DNA of 64,000 nt, taken from NCBI GenBank assembly GCA_050230475.1, contig JBFLGF010000136.1, positions 1 to 64,000 of the forward strand, given 5' to 3'. The DNA is from Ancylonema sp. Taxonomy: Eukaryota. A program made the position numbers and the translations under genes. This document shows, one piece after another, positions 23,610 to 36,875 of this stretch. Every line of letters starts with the position of its first letter. Position 1 is the stretch's first letter. The notes beneath the pieces are model-generated. The model was given only the letters and a program-made list of their open reading frames with translations, did no database searches and had not been told where the DNA came from.

Positions 23610-25636
23610 ATCCACTTCAAAAGAGTCATCCATGACAACTGTTTACCGTCCTCCACACCATGCGGAGTGACGACTACTGGATCAAGGATCTCGCCTTCAC
23701 CACCCGGTTGCACTTACAACCTACCCAGTTCTCCAATCTCGGGCTCCAACGTTCATGGGATCAACGATCACGCCTATTCGGTTGTTGGTGAACAATCCAA
23801 CCTTGCTTACATTTCCAATGAAGAAGGCCCAAACATTACAAGAGGATTTCATCCGACGAGACCTGGAGCTTTCCCGTCCGAACCTCGCCAACACCAACGC
23901 GTTACAAACGGCGAAAGTACATAGTCTTAAGTTGGAGAAATCGCAACCTCAACTTTCGGCGATGCGAGAACCGGTGGTACGTGACCAGTCCTCGGTTCTA
24001 CCCGCGCTCCCCAAACGAGGCTATGAGGCATATCAGTTTACACCCGTCAAACTCATTTTGGATCCGGGAGCCACCAACACTATGATCGGTGGTTCCTATC
24101 ACAAATCATTGAGGATCGAGGACATCGCATCCATAAGCATGGTCAACTTCAGTTGTGGCTTCCACTTAAATCTTACACCCCTACAAGTGCAAAAGAGTTT
24201 GTACTCGCCTTCGGTGCCCATCATAGAATCTCGGGGGGGCATGCGATTCTCTACTTCATCTTACAATCCTTCGCTCTAAAACAAAGGCTCCATCAACAAT
24301 GTGCACACTTCTTGGATGGCACGGTCCATAGGTGGCAACTCAACCAATGTAGCGGTTGCCAAGCCCGTCGAACAACCACGAACGATTTACAAATCCTTAA
24401 TCGGTGGAGCACAAACCCTGATTCTGCCATTGGATCCAGCTCATACTTTTCTAAACGAGGTTTTGTATCCACGTGTGAACGCGCCGTCGACCCCTACGGC
24501 ATTTGATCTTCCAACCCTGCGCAACTTTATGCGTTGGAACCAAGTCCGCGGGCGACTTCCATTCAACGAGAATTTGGACCTCCCATCAAAGCGAGGAGCT
24601 CCACTTGTCTTCCAATCTCCTTGTTTTACCTTACATGAGAAGAAATTTGACACATAATTGTGTGTTGTCTACAACAACCCTCAAAAATCCATTGTCGTTA
24701 AAGACATCAATAGTGAAGATCGATCATTTCAATTCTACCACATTCGACATCACTGTTTTGGACATAGCCGCCCTTGTGCCAATGTTTCACGGCCACGAGG
24801 GATTTTTTCAAAGTGGTGTGTACCTCATCTTGGGCGGCAACTTCACTTTACTATCGTGGATAACAATCAGCCCCACGGTGTCCAAAAATATCGTCAACCT
24901 CGACAGGTCATGCCCCCGATCGATGCTTACAAAGACTTTCGAGCCAATAACTGGACATGGCGGCTCCAGCCCCTCCTTTGCAAACCTGGACTCTTTCATT
25001 TCTTGCCAATCCACAAATCAACAAGTGGCTCACGCCTTCCCAAGAAGAGGAAGATCGCAATCTGGAAATCATCATAGAGGACATGGTGAAACACCTTGCG
25101 GTATCTTCCAAGGACTTTCGGGAGTATCACCCGTTGGAGAAAGTTTTCCACTTTTGTATTGCACTTAGCTTTGGTGGATTGTCTATGAAAATCGTTCGCA
25201 CGCTGCCGCATCTAGGGAGAAGCATCAGTCACCCTTCCCACATCCATCTTGTATCCTACTTATCTTCGGAGTCCAAGCCTACAACTGTGTCACACGTGCG
25301 TGTTGGCATCAAATCAAAGCAGAAACCCGATCCCGCATCCACATATTCACGTGCGACTCCGCCTTTGAAGGTCAGTTAAAATTACATTTCTTATCCGATA
25401 ACATTGATGCTCGTTTATAATCATCGACTCCCGGTGGAAGCATCACCGACATCTTCACCAAACATTCTAGTTCATCGGATTTTGGGGGAAGTTCAGCATG
25501 ATTTCACAATTCCAACTTTTAGAAGTTGTTTTCCTTTCGCCTACACACTTTGCGGTGCGATTCCGAACGTGCTGCCTACATCTGCCTCATCGACCCAGAC
25601 GTGGACGCGTGACTTACTAGTCTCGGGGGGGGGAGT
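23610..25636 (+). mobile_element. Gypsy-like element: protease, unidentified degenerate ORF, PPT; no RT/IN
   Basis: LILDPGATNTMIG..FVLAFGAH resembles the proteases at ~9900 and ~30350. G-run PPT at 25625-25635. Confidence 0.55.
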
Positions 25637-27295
25637 CACAGCAGACGAGCCTTACATCGATGCCCGTTTACCCTATCGATACCATCTGGCACGTTAGCTC
25701 TCACGACGGATGAGATCGTTAGCATATTACCCCTAATATGTAATAAATATCTCCCTCATAATAAACACTTTCCGCGCCGCGCCCAAGTGTGAGTTCCGCC
25801 TCGCTACAACTTCCGCCCCGCTCGTCGATTTCCCGAGCTCCAAGTTGCTAGCCGGCGCCCCACACCATATTTGATTAGACCTTAATTTGACGTGTCACTT
25901 TGTAACTAGTCAGCAATCAACTTGTGATGACTTGTAATAATTATTGGCCGTCGATGAATATCCGACCCTTCAGATTGTATATAAGACATTTGTGCGCGCG
26001 ACGAATATTGAGTTTGATTTGTAGAATGACACGCGTCTAGCGTCGTCTCTTGAGATTTGATAAAACCTTTGTAATCGCACTCACAATTTAGTTTTCGCTG
26101 GATTTAACGCTAAAGATACTTGCACACCATCCTTGCCTCTCGTGTAACATGTATGTCGTGGAAAATTTTCTTTGCCTTGCATCCTGTGTGTTTTGTATTG
26201 CTTGCTATCGTTACTTGCACATCCGAGCTGTCGCTCATCGTGCACAGTATTGTTTACCCGTTGTCGCGCCTTACCATTTTTGCACACTTTTACACGAAGC
26301 AAGTCAGAGCTTTGCTTAGTGTGCAGACTCAACTCCTTTGTTGTAGATTACAAGCAACTCAGACTTACACATAAGTAACTGATTGCCGACCGATAGCTTG
26401 TCATAGTGAATGACATCGTGTGCTTATAACGGGTGTGTAACACCGTTATCAAGGAGTAGGAGCCTTTATGACGTGAATAATTAAGTTGCCGTTATAGCGG
26501 GACAAATGTTCTGCGAGCTTCTGTTAAAGTACGGAGATCACAAAGTCGCCGTCAGCCGCCTTTGTGAGGGTTGGATGTAATTGGTTCCCTAGGATTTCAT
26601 ATCTTGTCATAAGTCCTTAGCCGATAGCCACCAAGTTTAGCCAACAGAGTGCCGCTGTCACGCGTACGACCGCTGTTGTAAACTTTCGGGCCAACGCCGC
26701 TCTTCGAGCCCGTTGGTGCCCTCCTACTTGATGTCTAAGCTAGACACATTGTGTTCATTTTTCGGAAACTCTTCCCGGAACACTTTGTTAACTCGCACGT
26801 GTATTTTACTCATATCATTACTTTTTGCAGTGTAACGTGATTACTTGCTATTAGCTAGAAAACGAATTAGCCTTAGTGTGCGCCAGCTTCGCTGCGCATA
26901 TCGGCAACCATTGCATTTCCTTGCTTTGGATAGTAGCTTCCGAAAAGTGCCTATCTTCGGATCACAGCATCCTGCATATATTAGTAACATGAATGTCCTG
27001 GTCCCGGAATCATACCGGTAGATTGGCCAGAGGTTCGCCTCAAAGCACAAATTGGGGATTTCATTCACCAAATTTGGAGCAATCAGAAATTGATTTCGCT
27101 GACTATTAGCTAGATTTCAGCGCGCTCTACGAGGGCCTCACACGTGCAAATCAGATTCCGCGCGTTTTCCCTGAACTCGCAAAAGCCAACTCTACCGCAG
27201 AACTTCCCTTTCCTTCGGGTGAACAATTTGTACCCATTGCTGCCATCCCTGTTGGCGCTGTTTATCAATCAGACGATAGTGATAACGAGGCTGGC

Positions 27296-27950
27296 ATGGC
27301 GGACGCCCGTCCACCCAAGTATAACGGGGAGCTTGGCAAGCAACAAGATGCGTTCTTCGACCATTCGCGTACACATTTCCGTCGCATGTGTTTGCGAAAG
27401 GACCGGGTCCTACATTCTTTTGAAGGTTACGGACAATTGGAGTTTCTGGATATTGATCTGCGCGACTGTCTTGGCCCGGACGCGTTAGAAGTTGTGACTA
27501 CCTTTCTTCACGACGCTGTTCTCATTCCTCCAGCAGCCGGCCCTGAACGAGTCGCCGCACAAGCATTGGCAGCCGCGCGTACGGTCTGGCGAGATTTCCG
27601 GGCAAATTGGTTAGAAGCAGCCCGTGGAGCTAAGCCCACTGTTCCCGTCGCATCAGAGCCAGCGGACATGGAGGATTTCTTTGCTGTGCTTTCATGGCTA
27701 ATTGCGGGCAAGCGTATCGCGACTTGATGAACTACAGCCTCATGTCCGGAGACACAGTGCACAGCCAGTTTGTACGACTAGAGGCCCTTGCCAAACCTAC
27801 GGAAGACGGAAGCATGACGCAGCCAAGAGACAACGCGATTCGCTACTACTACTTCCTCCCTGAACCAGCCAAGTCAGTAATGAGACCAGATTACGAGAAG
27901 GAACAACATAAATCCCCTCGTCCTCAGTGTCATGCCTTAGGTTTACGACG
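27296..27950 (+). pseudogene. Putative Gypsy gag
   Basis: MADARPPKYNGE...YGQLEFLD; the KY(N/S)G..YGQLEFL pattern is shared with 35153-35566. Follows a presumed LTR/leader at 25637-27290. Confidence 0.5.
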
Positions 27951-27954
27951 TGAG

Positions 27955-29300
27955 TGTTGATGGTAAGTGCCCCCCTTTTAAGTATAAACTGTACAACAGG
28001 ATCGGGCTACAAATAACTTTCCGGCACTATGCGTATTATCACGATGTTCAATATACGGAGGGAATGATTTGTGGAACAATAATGAAACAGTGTCATCATC
28101 GGGATAGGTATACCCGACGATTGTACAACGGAAGGATCTGATCGGACACTTTTTCTACTAGCCGACGGTCGGAACTATTGCCGCTCACAACTTGACTACA
28201 CTCCGACACATTTTGACATAGAGAATCTAAGTCACCATGAGCAACAATGAGTCACACGCCGGACACCGCCGGTCGTGTGTATAGACAAAGGCGGTGGATG
28301 CCGGGGCAGAGTTGTACCCGACCCCACAAACTAGATACAAGGACAGAGCGCTTATCATGCATACAAGCACAACTAAGCTAACCGGACTGGGCACAATAAG
28401 TAAGGTTGCTTATCCGAAATACAATTTCTTGCACACCCCCTCGGATGGCAACGCCTTCATTGGTCTACTAGTTGTGCAACCGAGGACTACGCTTTTTAGT
28501 GCTCAAAGATCGAATCTTATAGCATGTCTTCCCTAAGTCAAAAGATAGACTAAGGGGCTCCTATCTACTAGAAAATCGGAACTCTCCGAACGAGTGTAGA
28601 GCTCCCGACGCTAACTTCTCGATCTTTGGCCTCCTTCACATACAAAAACATAACACTTTGTAAGTACAAATAGAAAAATTGCAAACTTTTTATTTTTTGA
28701 AACCAGGAAAATTTTGCAACTTGTAACTCACAAACTACTCATCCAAACAACTTCAAATTTTCGCACAAGTCTTAAAGATTTGATAAAAGAAAAACACATC
28801 AATTTTCACAACAATCTAACAAACCATGCAAAACTGAATCTGTAACTTTTTCACATGTGTCCTCAAGTGTAGAGTTGGAGTCAGCTTAAAGATGTCAGCT
28901 TGTTGGACTTCTGGATGCCCCCCCAAGCTGTCTTCAACTATCCACACCAATCTGGTGCACAATAGAACTAACCCCTTGCACAACAAAACTCACCCCCGGC
29001 AGGTGGATCCGAAATCCACACGTATCACCTCCTGTTTATTGACAAAAACGAACTGTTTGGCAGCAAATTGTCTGCCCAGAATAGTCGTGTCCACTAAAAG
29101 TGACATAACTGACCAAACACTTAGCCAAACAGTCTCATGTAATGCGCTGCACTCAGCCAAGTGTACCAGATATATATAGCCCCAGTTGTACAAGTTATCA
29201 AGCACACAAACATTCAGTTCTGCTGGGCTGCTGTCAGCAGACTCTCCATACTTCTATTGAATACCGTGCGGGACATTATACAACCAGCTCACTTATCCAA
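27955..29300 (-). mobile_element. Copia-family 3' LTR (~27955-28432) and 3' non-coding region
   Basis: CTTGCA|CACCCCCTCGGAT junction as at 41573 and 17411-17423. 28990-29100 is the reverse-complement homolog of 16770-16895. Confidence 0.65.
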
Positions 29301-30017
29301 ATCACCTCAAACTACATAAAATTTTAGTCAACCCTACCAAGCACTTGTCTAGCTTTACAGCTCAAAAAAATACCAAATACTCAGCCCAATGTAAAATATT
29401 TTGTGGAGTACTAGCATAAGACTGTGCAAACCTCTAAAATCCTGTGCAGACCTCTGCAGCTTTTTACCTTCACTCTATCTTCCACATACATATCTTGGGC
29501 AGGCAGGCCCCCTACCAAAAGAAAAATAACTTAAACCATTCACACACCCCCAAGCACCAGCTAGCACACCCCTCGACCACTACACCAGACCGCGCACATA
29601 GCAGCCATTAGGTCAGGTGGGGCGTAGGGTTGGGAAGTTAGTAGGTGTGGATTGTTTGCTATGACTCTTGTCCTGATCCTAGACCTATGCTCCCTCACTA
29701 ACACCTGCCCTTGGCACCCCCATACACCTTGCTATCACCTAGCAACTCTTCTAGGATCTCATATCATGTCTTCCTCCCTAATCACCCCCACGTTAACTTC
29801 AGGTTCATGGACTTAGGGGTTGGAAGAATGAATGGGGGACATATCTTGCCGCGCTCGTGTGGTGACAGTCGAGTCCGGCATGTTGCCGTAGACACACGTG
29901 CGGTGGCACGACGACGGTCAATAGTTCCGACCGTCGGNAAGCAAGGTACCTGAGGGAGAAAAAGATGAGACAGTTGTCCAACTGCGAGACAAACTGAGCT
30001 CAAGTAGTACAGAACGG

Positions 30018-31200
30018 TTGGGACCTTGGGCCTCGGAGCAGTTTGTATATATGCCAAGGAAGGAAACAACATTGGTAGCACCACGATTCAGTTGGGATGA
30101 GGCAGATGAGGATGCTATGTTCGTAGCAGACATCCAGACTCCTAGACCAGATTGGTACCAACAGTTTGTCCAGGCTCTAGGGTCCAGCCTGTCATACTTG
30201 AGTAGCGCTCTAGCTCAGAACCTGTTGGTGGACCCCAGCTTTACAGTCCCAGTTCCCCCTTCTTTGCACGACATCGTCATGTGGAAGCACACTACCATTC
30301 CCAATGCAGCTGGCGTCTTCACCATTGAAGGAAATGCGCCACAAGGGGAGTGCGTCTTGGACTCAGGTGCGAACTTTTTCATGATCGGTAAGACGGTGGC
30401 AGATACATTGGGATTGCAAGCCAAGGATTTGGATGAAGGAATAACGTACATGGTCGCCTCAGGTGCTTCGGCGAAGTGCAAAGGGGTAACAATGAAGAAG
30501 TTTTCTATTGGCCTCCTCCCAGGCACCCCAAATCAGGTCACAACACACTTGCATGTAGTGGTAGACAACGCTACCTCGTATGATGTATTAATAGGTGCTC
30601 ATTTTGTCAATCGGGTGACCGTGCTCATCAACTACCGAGATTCTTATTGGGAGGTATAACCACTCTGAGAAACCACAGGGAAGCGCAGGGTGCGCATACC
30701 TATTGACCTCTATGTGACTCCAGCCTAGCTGAGAGAGAAGAAGAATGCACGATTGCAAGGCTATGTGGGAGGACCATCCGACTTCTTCCCCAACGCAACC
30801 CGTGGGCAAGTGGAAGCGTTGCAGCGCCTGGCAGACTAATGGCACGCACGAGAGGACGAGGAGGAACGCACCCGCGAGGAGGAGTGGGCTCGCACTGTCC
30901 ATGATATCCTTACCACCTGGCTGCTTGCATCTCGTGCTTTGCATATACCCACTATGCAGTTAGCAGAGTTGAAAGAACATTTTGAGCTCATCCGAATGCA
31001 TGTGGTCAATTTGCGCAATTGGACAATGCAAAACTGTATGGGAAGCCGGGAGGGTCCAGAGTCTTTCATCTGGACTCACAGACAGCGTGTCTTGCGTACA
31101 ACCCTCCATTTCTATGAGCAGTTGCAGAGAGACATCGCCATAAAGGAAGCTGAAGCTGAGGATGAACGCCAAGCTTGGGGCATCATCCCTCTTGCCACAC
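30018..31200 (+). pseudogene. Gypsy-type protease followed by an unknown linker ORF
   Basis: ECVLDSGANFFMIGKTVADTLGL...YDVLIGAHF aligns by eye with the protease of the DNMT-Gypsy (9568-9900). Confidence 0.7.
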
Positions 31201-31201
31201 C

Positions 31202-31551
31202 TGTTAGGGGCGGATGCAAGGAGCCCCTAGCAAGCAAGTTGCAAAATGCACACAAGCACAAAGATGGCGAAATACCGGATAGGACAAGATGGCGTGAGCC
31301 GGATGGAATGGTTGGGGTGGAATCTTGAGCACTCACGAAGTGTGCAAGTACATGAGTTGATAGGAATGCTCTAGAGGCATTCCTATCGGCTAGATATAGG
31401 AAAGTCGGCCCTAGCCGACTTAGGAACAATGTGGGATAACTAAGTCAAGGGCGGCTAAGTACACAACAGAATCTGGCTAAAGGCACATCTGCCATGACTA
31501 AGGACACAACAGAATACTCCCTAGGGGCCAGGCGGCCGCTAGGGACACAAC
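31202..31551 (-). repeat. LTR copy truncated by a Copia insertion
   Basis: Highly similar to 39454-39804 (TGTTAGGGGCGGATGCAA...GCTAGGGACACAA). Confidence 0.85.
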
Positions 31552-31552
31552 T

Positions 31553-34510
31553 TGAAGGATCAGCCATAGTGGGCCAATCCCTTGCCTGCCGTACAGGTCT
31601 TAAATTCGCCGGCTCTCCGACTTCTCGTGAATTACATACAAATCCAAACTGTCCGTGACAAATGGCAAGACACTAATAGACTAGAATCCCACTGGAAACA
31701 AAAGCGATGATGGTATGAATTATTTGTCATGAAAACTCCGTAGAGTATATATTGAATTTACCTCACAAGCCGAGGACAAATCGGTTTAACCAACCGAAGC
31801 GTAGGTTGACTTAAGTCTACTCGCTAACGTCATTTCCCGTGAACACAATAATGTGACTATTCATATTCACCCCATTGGTGCACACTCAACTATGCAAATC
31901 TAGTGCAACTTAGTCCGGTACTAGAGTAAACCGGTACGAAGTCATAGTACTCGCTTCCGCGCCCATTGCGCCTAAGTGCAACCTACATAATTGTCGATTC
32001 ACATCCACATGCATATTGTATCGACTCACAACATAGACACACATGCACATTATAGTCACATCTCCGGTCCACGCTAATTCTACAATTATGACTATCGCCA
32101 CAACTCGGCATTTCCCTTGATTAAAGCACTAATTTACTTCATTCCCCCTCTCTTTACTCCAAGTCAAATGCCCGATGACCTTATGCTTTGTTTATTTTTG
32201 TTTTCTTCTCCTCCTCCTCCACAACATGTCCACTACATGTCTAGCACTCTACTCTCCTAGTGCTATCATACCCATAAGGCATTTTCCCTCTACAGCACTT
32301 CCACCCCTACGTGCTTCGTAAGTTGGTCCGCCGCCATTGCCTTGGTAGGCACAAAGTGCAACTCCACCTCTCCACTTTCCACCTTCTCCCTCACGTAATG
32401 GACGCCAATATGCTTGCTCCTCTTGTGGAAGACGGGGTTCTTGGCGATTTTCATAGCCGATTGATTATCACACAAGAGCAAGACTTTCTCACTCTCGATT
32501 CCCATCTCCCTTTGGTACATCCCCAAGTACACCCCCTCTTGAACCGCAAAAGACATCGCCATGTACTCCGACTCCGCTCCGTGGAGCTCAAAGCCACCAC
32601 CTCTTGGAGCTTGCTCCCCCACGAAATGGCCGCTCCCGCACTCATGAAGACATACCCCGAGCGCCCCCTCTTAGTCTCCATGTCACTCCCGTAGCTCGCG
32701 TCGGTGTAGCCCCACACCTCTACCTCCTCATCATTCCCGTAGAAGAGCCCCTTGTCAATTGTCCCCACCAAGTACCTCACTACCCTCTTCGCCGCCTCCC
32801 AATGCTTCACCCCCGGATTCTGGCAAAAACGGCTAAGTGTAGAAACCGCCATCGCAAGGTCGGGACGAGTCACCGCGAGATACATGAGACTCCCCACGAG
32901 GTTCCGGTAGGGGTAGCGCGCCATCTCTTTCTCCCCCTCCTCCGAGGTGGGGGAGTCTTCCACCCCTAAGCCACTCCCGACTCAAAGGGGGTGGACACCG
33001 CCTTCCCCCCCTCCAAGCCGTACTTCCTCACCAAATCCTCGACATACTTCCTTTGCCCGAGGAACACACCCCCGTCTACTCCCCGAGTGATCTCTATACC
33101 CAACAAGAAAACCGCACTCCCCAAGTCTTTCATCTTGAAGTTTTCACTAAGCCCCGCTATGACCTCCCCGAGAGACTTCACACTCTTCCACATAAGAAGG
33201 AGGTCGTCTACATATAGATAGATGAAGACCCTCAAGTCTCCTACCCCCACTACATACAACTCCGTGATCCGAGAAGAACCGCTCAAACACCCCATCGAAA
33301 GAAGCACCGCATCTATCGTCTGGTTCCACATCCTCTCGGTGCTTGCTTCAAGCCGTAGAGGCACTTCCACAAGCGCCACACTCTCCCCAACACACCGTAC
33401 CCTGGTGCCCCCTCCGGAATTTCCACCACACGTACACCTCTCCTCCTTTAAGTCCGCGTAGAGAAAGGCCGTGCTGACGTCCATCTGGTCGAAAACTCCC
33501 AATTGTCGCTTGCCCTGAAGGCTATGAGCGCCCGAATGCTTTCATGTCGGACTGTAGGAGCGAATGTCTCTTCATAGTCTACACCTTCCATCTGCTTGAA
33601 CCCCCGAGCGACTACCCTTGCCTTGAATTTTTCAACGTTCCCGTCTTGGTCCTTTTTGATGCGGAGCACCCATTTCATGCTAATGATCCGCTTGCCCTTG
33701 GGCCTCTCAACCTCCTCATACACATTATTCTCTCCTCTAAGCTCCCCAACTCAGTCTAAAGCTTCCCTCCATTCCTTTTGCTCAGGTCCTGCAAGTGCCT
33801 CAGCTACCGTGACAGGACAGACCAGGTCCACGGCTGCAGCGTAGGAGTCTTCGAACCGCAGCGGCGGGCCCCGTTGCCTGCCTGAGCGCCTGGGCTGCGA
33901 GCCCTGGCCTCCCTGCCCTGACCCCGTCGCTTGAGCTCGTGGCTCCGTACCCCCGGCACCTGAGCCCGTAAAAATCCCTTGGGAGCCCAGATCCCGTCGC
34001 AGAAACTGAAATCCCCCGTCGTCGTAGTCATCATCACCCGAATCTGCAGTTTCGTCGTCTTCCTCTTCGTCATCACTGTCATCACTGACTAGGCTGGGGG
34101 TATCATCATCATCGTCCTCGTCATCGTCGTCACCGTTCTCACCCCCACCTGCAGGAGGTTGGGCTCTCCGCCTGCAGGGGGATGGGGAGGGGGAGGGGGA
34201 GGGGGAGGGGTGGCCCGTCGCCGTCGCCTGCGCCGTCCATCTGCCGCCCAGTTCTGGGGGATCTCCACACGCTCTGCCACGTAGTCACCCTGCAGAAGCT
34301 GCTGCCTCCACCAGCCCTTCAACGTCTGCTTCACGAACTCCCCCCCGTTGTCAGTACGGAACCGCCCCACCCGATAACCAGATTCGCGCTCTACCACCGC
34401 TATCCACTCCTTCACCCTCAATTCGACATCAGATTTGTTCTTTAGCAAAATTACCCATGATTTCCTGCTATAATCGTCGATGAGAAAAAACACGTAGAAC
34501 TTCCCACCCC
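31553..34510 (-). mobile_element. Ty1/Copia (second family): 3' LTR 31553-31869, RNaseH, RT and integrase fragments
   Basis: LTR TGAA..TTCA; FFLIDDYSRKSWV..RTDNGGEF; FKARVVARGF; YVDDLL; GYTDASY; HKRSKHI. Indel-rich. Confidence 0.88.
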
Positions 34511-34511
34511 A

Positions 34512-34949
34512 GCTGCTTGCTAGTGTGCTTGCTAGTGTGCTAGTCCGGACTACCGGTTAGTTTAACCGGTAGGATTCCTAGGGTATGTTTATATTGAGGG
34601 GCCGGACTTATGCCCGGGCACCCGACTATGACGTGTCGATTGTGCCGTTTGTGGCACGTGTGGTCTAGATGGTTCCGGATCTAGACGTTATGTCTTGTCA
34701 GACTGTCCGGCGTGTGCCGTTGACATGATCTGTGTTGTTGTGTAATGATAGGCCGACGGTCCGCAGATACGACCGTCGGCACACTTTGTAGATTCTTGTT
34801 TTGGATGAGGCATCGTGGTATACCTACACGATGCCGACCATTCTAATAATTCTTCCAACACAATACTTGTCATTGATCATCTTTGAGAGACGAAGTTCCT
34901 TGTGAGATTCAACCACACGATCTCGCACACCTATCACGTATCAACGCTA
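34512..34949 (+). repeat. Copia LTR copy (family of 41187-41573)
   Basis: Reverse-complement homology to 41290-41550 (CTAGTCCGGACTACCGGTTAG...GAGGGGCCGGACTTATG). Ends CAACGCTA. Confidence 0.8.
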
Positions 34950-35566
34950 AAATTGGGTAGGGATAGGGAGAGGGGACAGCAGTTCGTAAGGCGCGTGGCG
35001 CACCGGCTTATTCCGGGCGCAGACGTCGCACGTGCGCACGTACGCCTCCACCGATTTTGACAAACCTGGTGGCCTGTGGCCTAGTGCGCAGCTGGTGGCC
35101 CCAAAAGTCCGGAGGTCAGCCGCATCAATAGCCAGCTGGCCTTTTTCCCATATTACACCCGGTAGATGTCACGCATGACCTCCATCACGATACCGATAGC
35201 TCGGCCCGGGTTATCTGGATCGGTGTGATCCAGTGATCGTCGATAATCGTCATGCACCAGCCGTGCCTCCCCCTCCAAGTATGGAGCAACGTCCTTTAGA
35301 AATTCTAGCTGTCCATACTCCCCACTCAAAAACTTCTGTGGATTTCTCTTAATGGCATCCCATTTGTCTTTTATTGTTTGAATAAATTGGCGGTGCACCA
35401 CGCCACCCCCTCCCGAATATTTATGCACAGCCATGGTGTTGTCCATCTCCGGGTCCTCCTCAAGTCCGACCAACTGTAATGAAAAGTAACCGGCTACTAG
35501 AGGTACCGGTGGCGCAAGATCCGGGGGTTGGTATAAAACTAGTTGGAGGTCAAGCAGTCCAGCCAC
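34950..35566 (-). pseudogene. Deleted Gypsy: gag fused to integrase zinc-binding fragment
   Basis: HKYSGGGG..YGQLEFLKD (gag-like), then PGLSKSVEAYVRTCDVCARNKPVRHAPYELLSPLPIP. Confidence 0.7.
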
Positions 35567-36659
35567 ACCCTGAGAATCAACAGATTCTTGTAGCCTTGCT
35601 GATCGTGACCGCGATCGCGATCTATGGCGCGCTCAATCACTACTAGCTTCTTCACCACCACTTCCCCCTACACTTGCTTCCCTTCGCACTAAGCGTTGAT
35701 TCTGATCACGAGACCAACCAGACATGAACGTCTTAACTTAGGAGAGTCCGAAAACTACCACCTTGGGTTATCAAAACGAGACTACGCGCTAAAAATCTTG
35801 CTCAAAATCTGGTTTTGACAGTTTTTCTAGCGCAGCGTTACGCCAGAGTAAACGTAACGGGCAAGATATCAAGCTCTGTCTCTAGGCGCGTCGAACGCAC
35901 TATCGTACACAGCAAATGATCATCACTACGATATATGGCATTCGCTCAACGATATCAGCCTTTAACATCGCCATAGCCAAAGCTCAACGCAATCACAAAA
36001 CGACACGTCAACGCTCTTGCCAAAGCTTAGGTGGTATGTACTCTGGCGTAATGCAGCCAGAGTGCTCCAGCATCAGAATACATAGTCCGAAAGTCCAACA
36101 AGGCACTTCCGACTCACTTGTACTATCCGTACGCTAGAATGTAATCTACATCGTACGCATGCGTCCGATCGAACGCATTCAGTCCAAGCATATCCTACCC
36201 TTAGCCGCAATCGAATACGATCACAATCGGCCAATCACAGTACTGCCAGCATGTCACTACATGGCCCCTCAACCCGGGAGTCGGGCACGGCCACGTTTCG
36301 CTGGGACGTCTGTGGCCGTTGTGACGTTTATGGCTTGATGGCCGCTATGTCGAACACAAATAATACGGGCGCGGAAGTCAATCCTGAATTCTATACTTCC
36401 GCCAAACTACTTCCGCCGTATCCCCGCTACAGCAATCGAATATCGATCGCTCTATCGAACAAATTAATATTTCGACGGGCCCCTGCGGGCTCCCGTCCGC
36501 TGCCGCTATATTGCGAACAAATAAATAACCCAGCCCCCAGTCGCCTACCGCCCTACTGCAAACTGCATGCTAGCGACGTCAACCGTACCCGGGTCAATAC
36601 CCGGCCGGGACCGTACGGCACACACGTGCCGCACGTGCGACTGGAATAAGTCTGACAAT

Positions 36660-36872
36660 GTCAAACGCTAGTGATCGATCTAGGTTCGATTATTCATTTA
36701 CTGCCACCGTGGCACGGAATTCGGAGATCGGTGGAGCTCTTATAAGTAGTACGAGGAGGCAGACCGTACAAATTCACATATTTCCGGTTGGGGATTTCGG
36801 AAAAGCCGTACAGTTCGCGTACATTTCTCCCCAGCCAAACTCGGCAAATCCTCAGTCCCATAAGCTATGCTC
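36660..36872. mobile_element. End of a Harbinger-like element (other copies 48025-48224 and inverted 40860-40907)
   Basis: ~200 bp nearly identical to 48025-48224. Terminus CCTCAGTCCCATAAGCTATGCTC is followed by TTA. Confidence 0.75.
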
Positions 36873-36875
36873 TTA

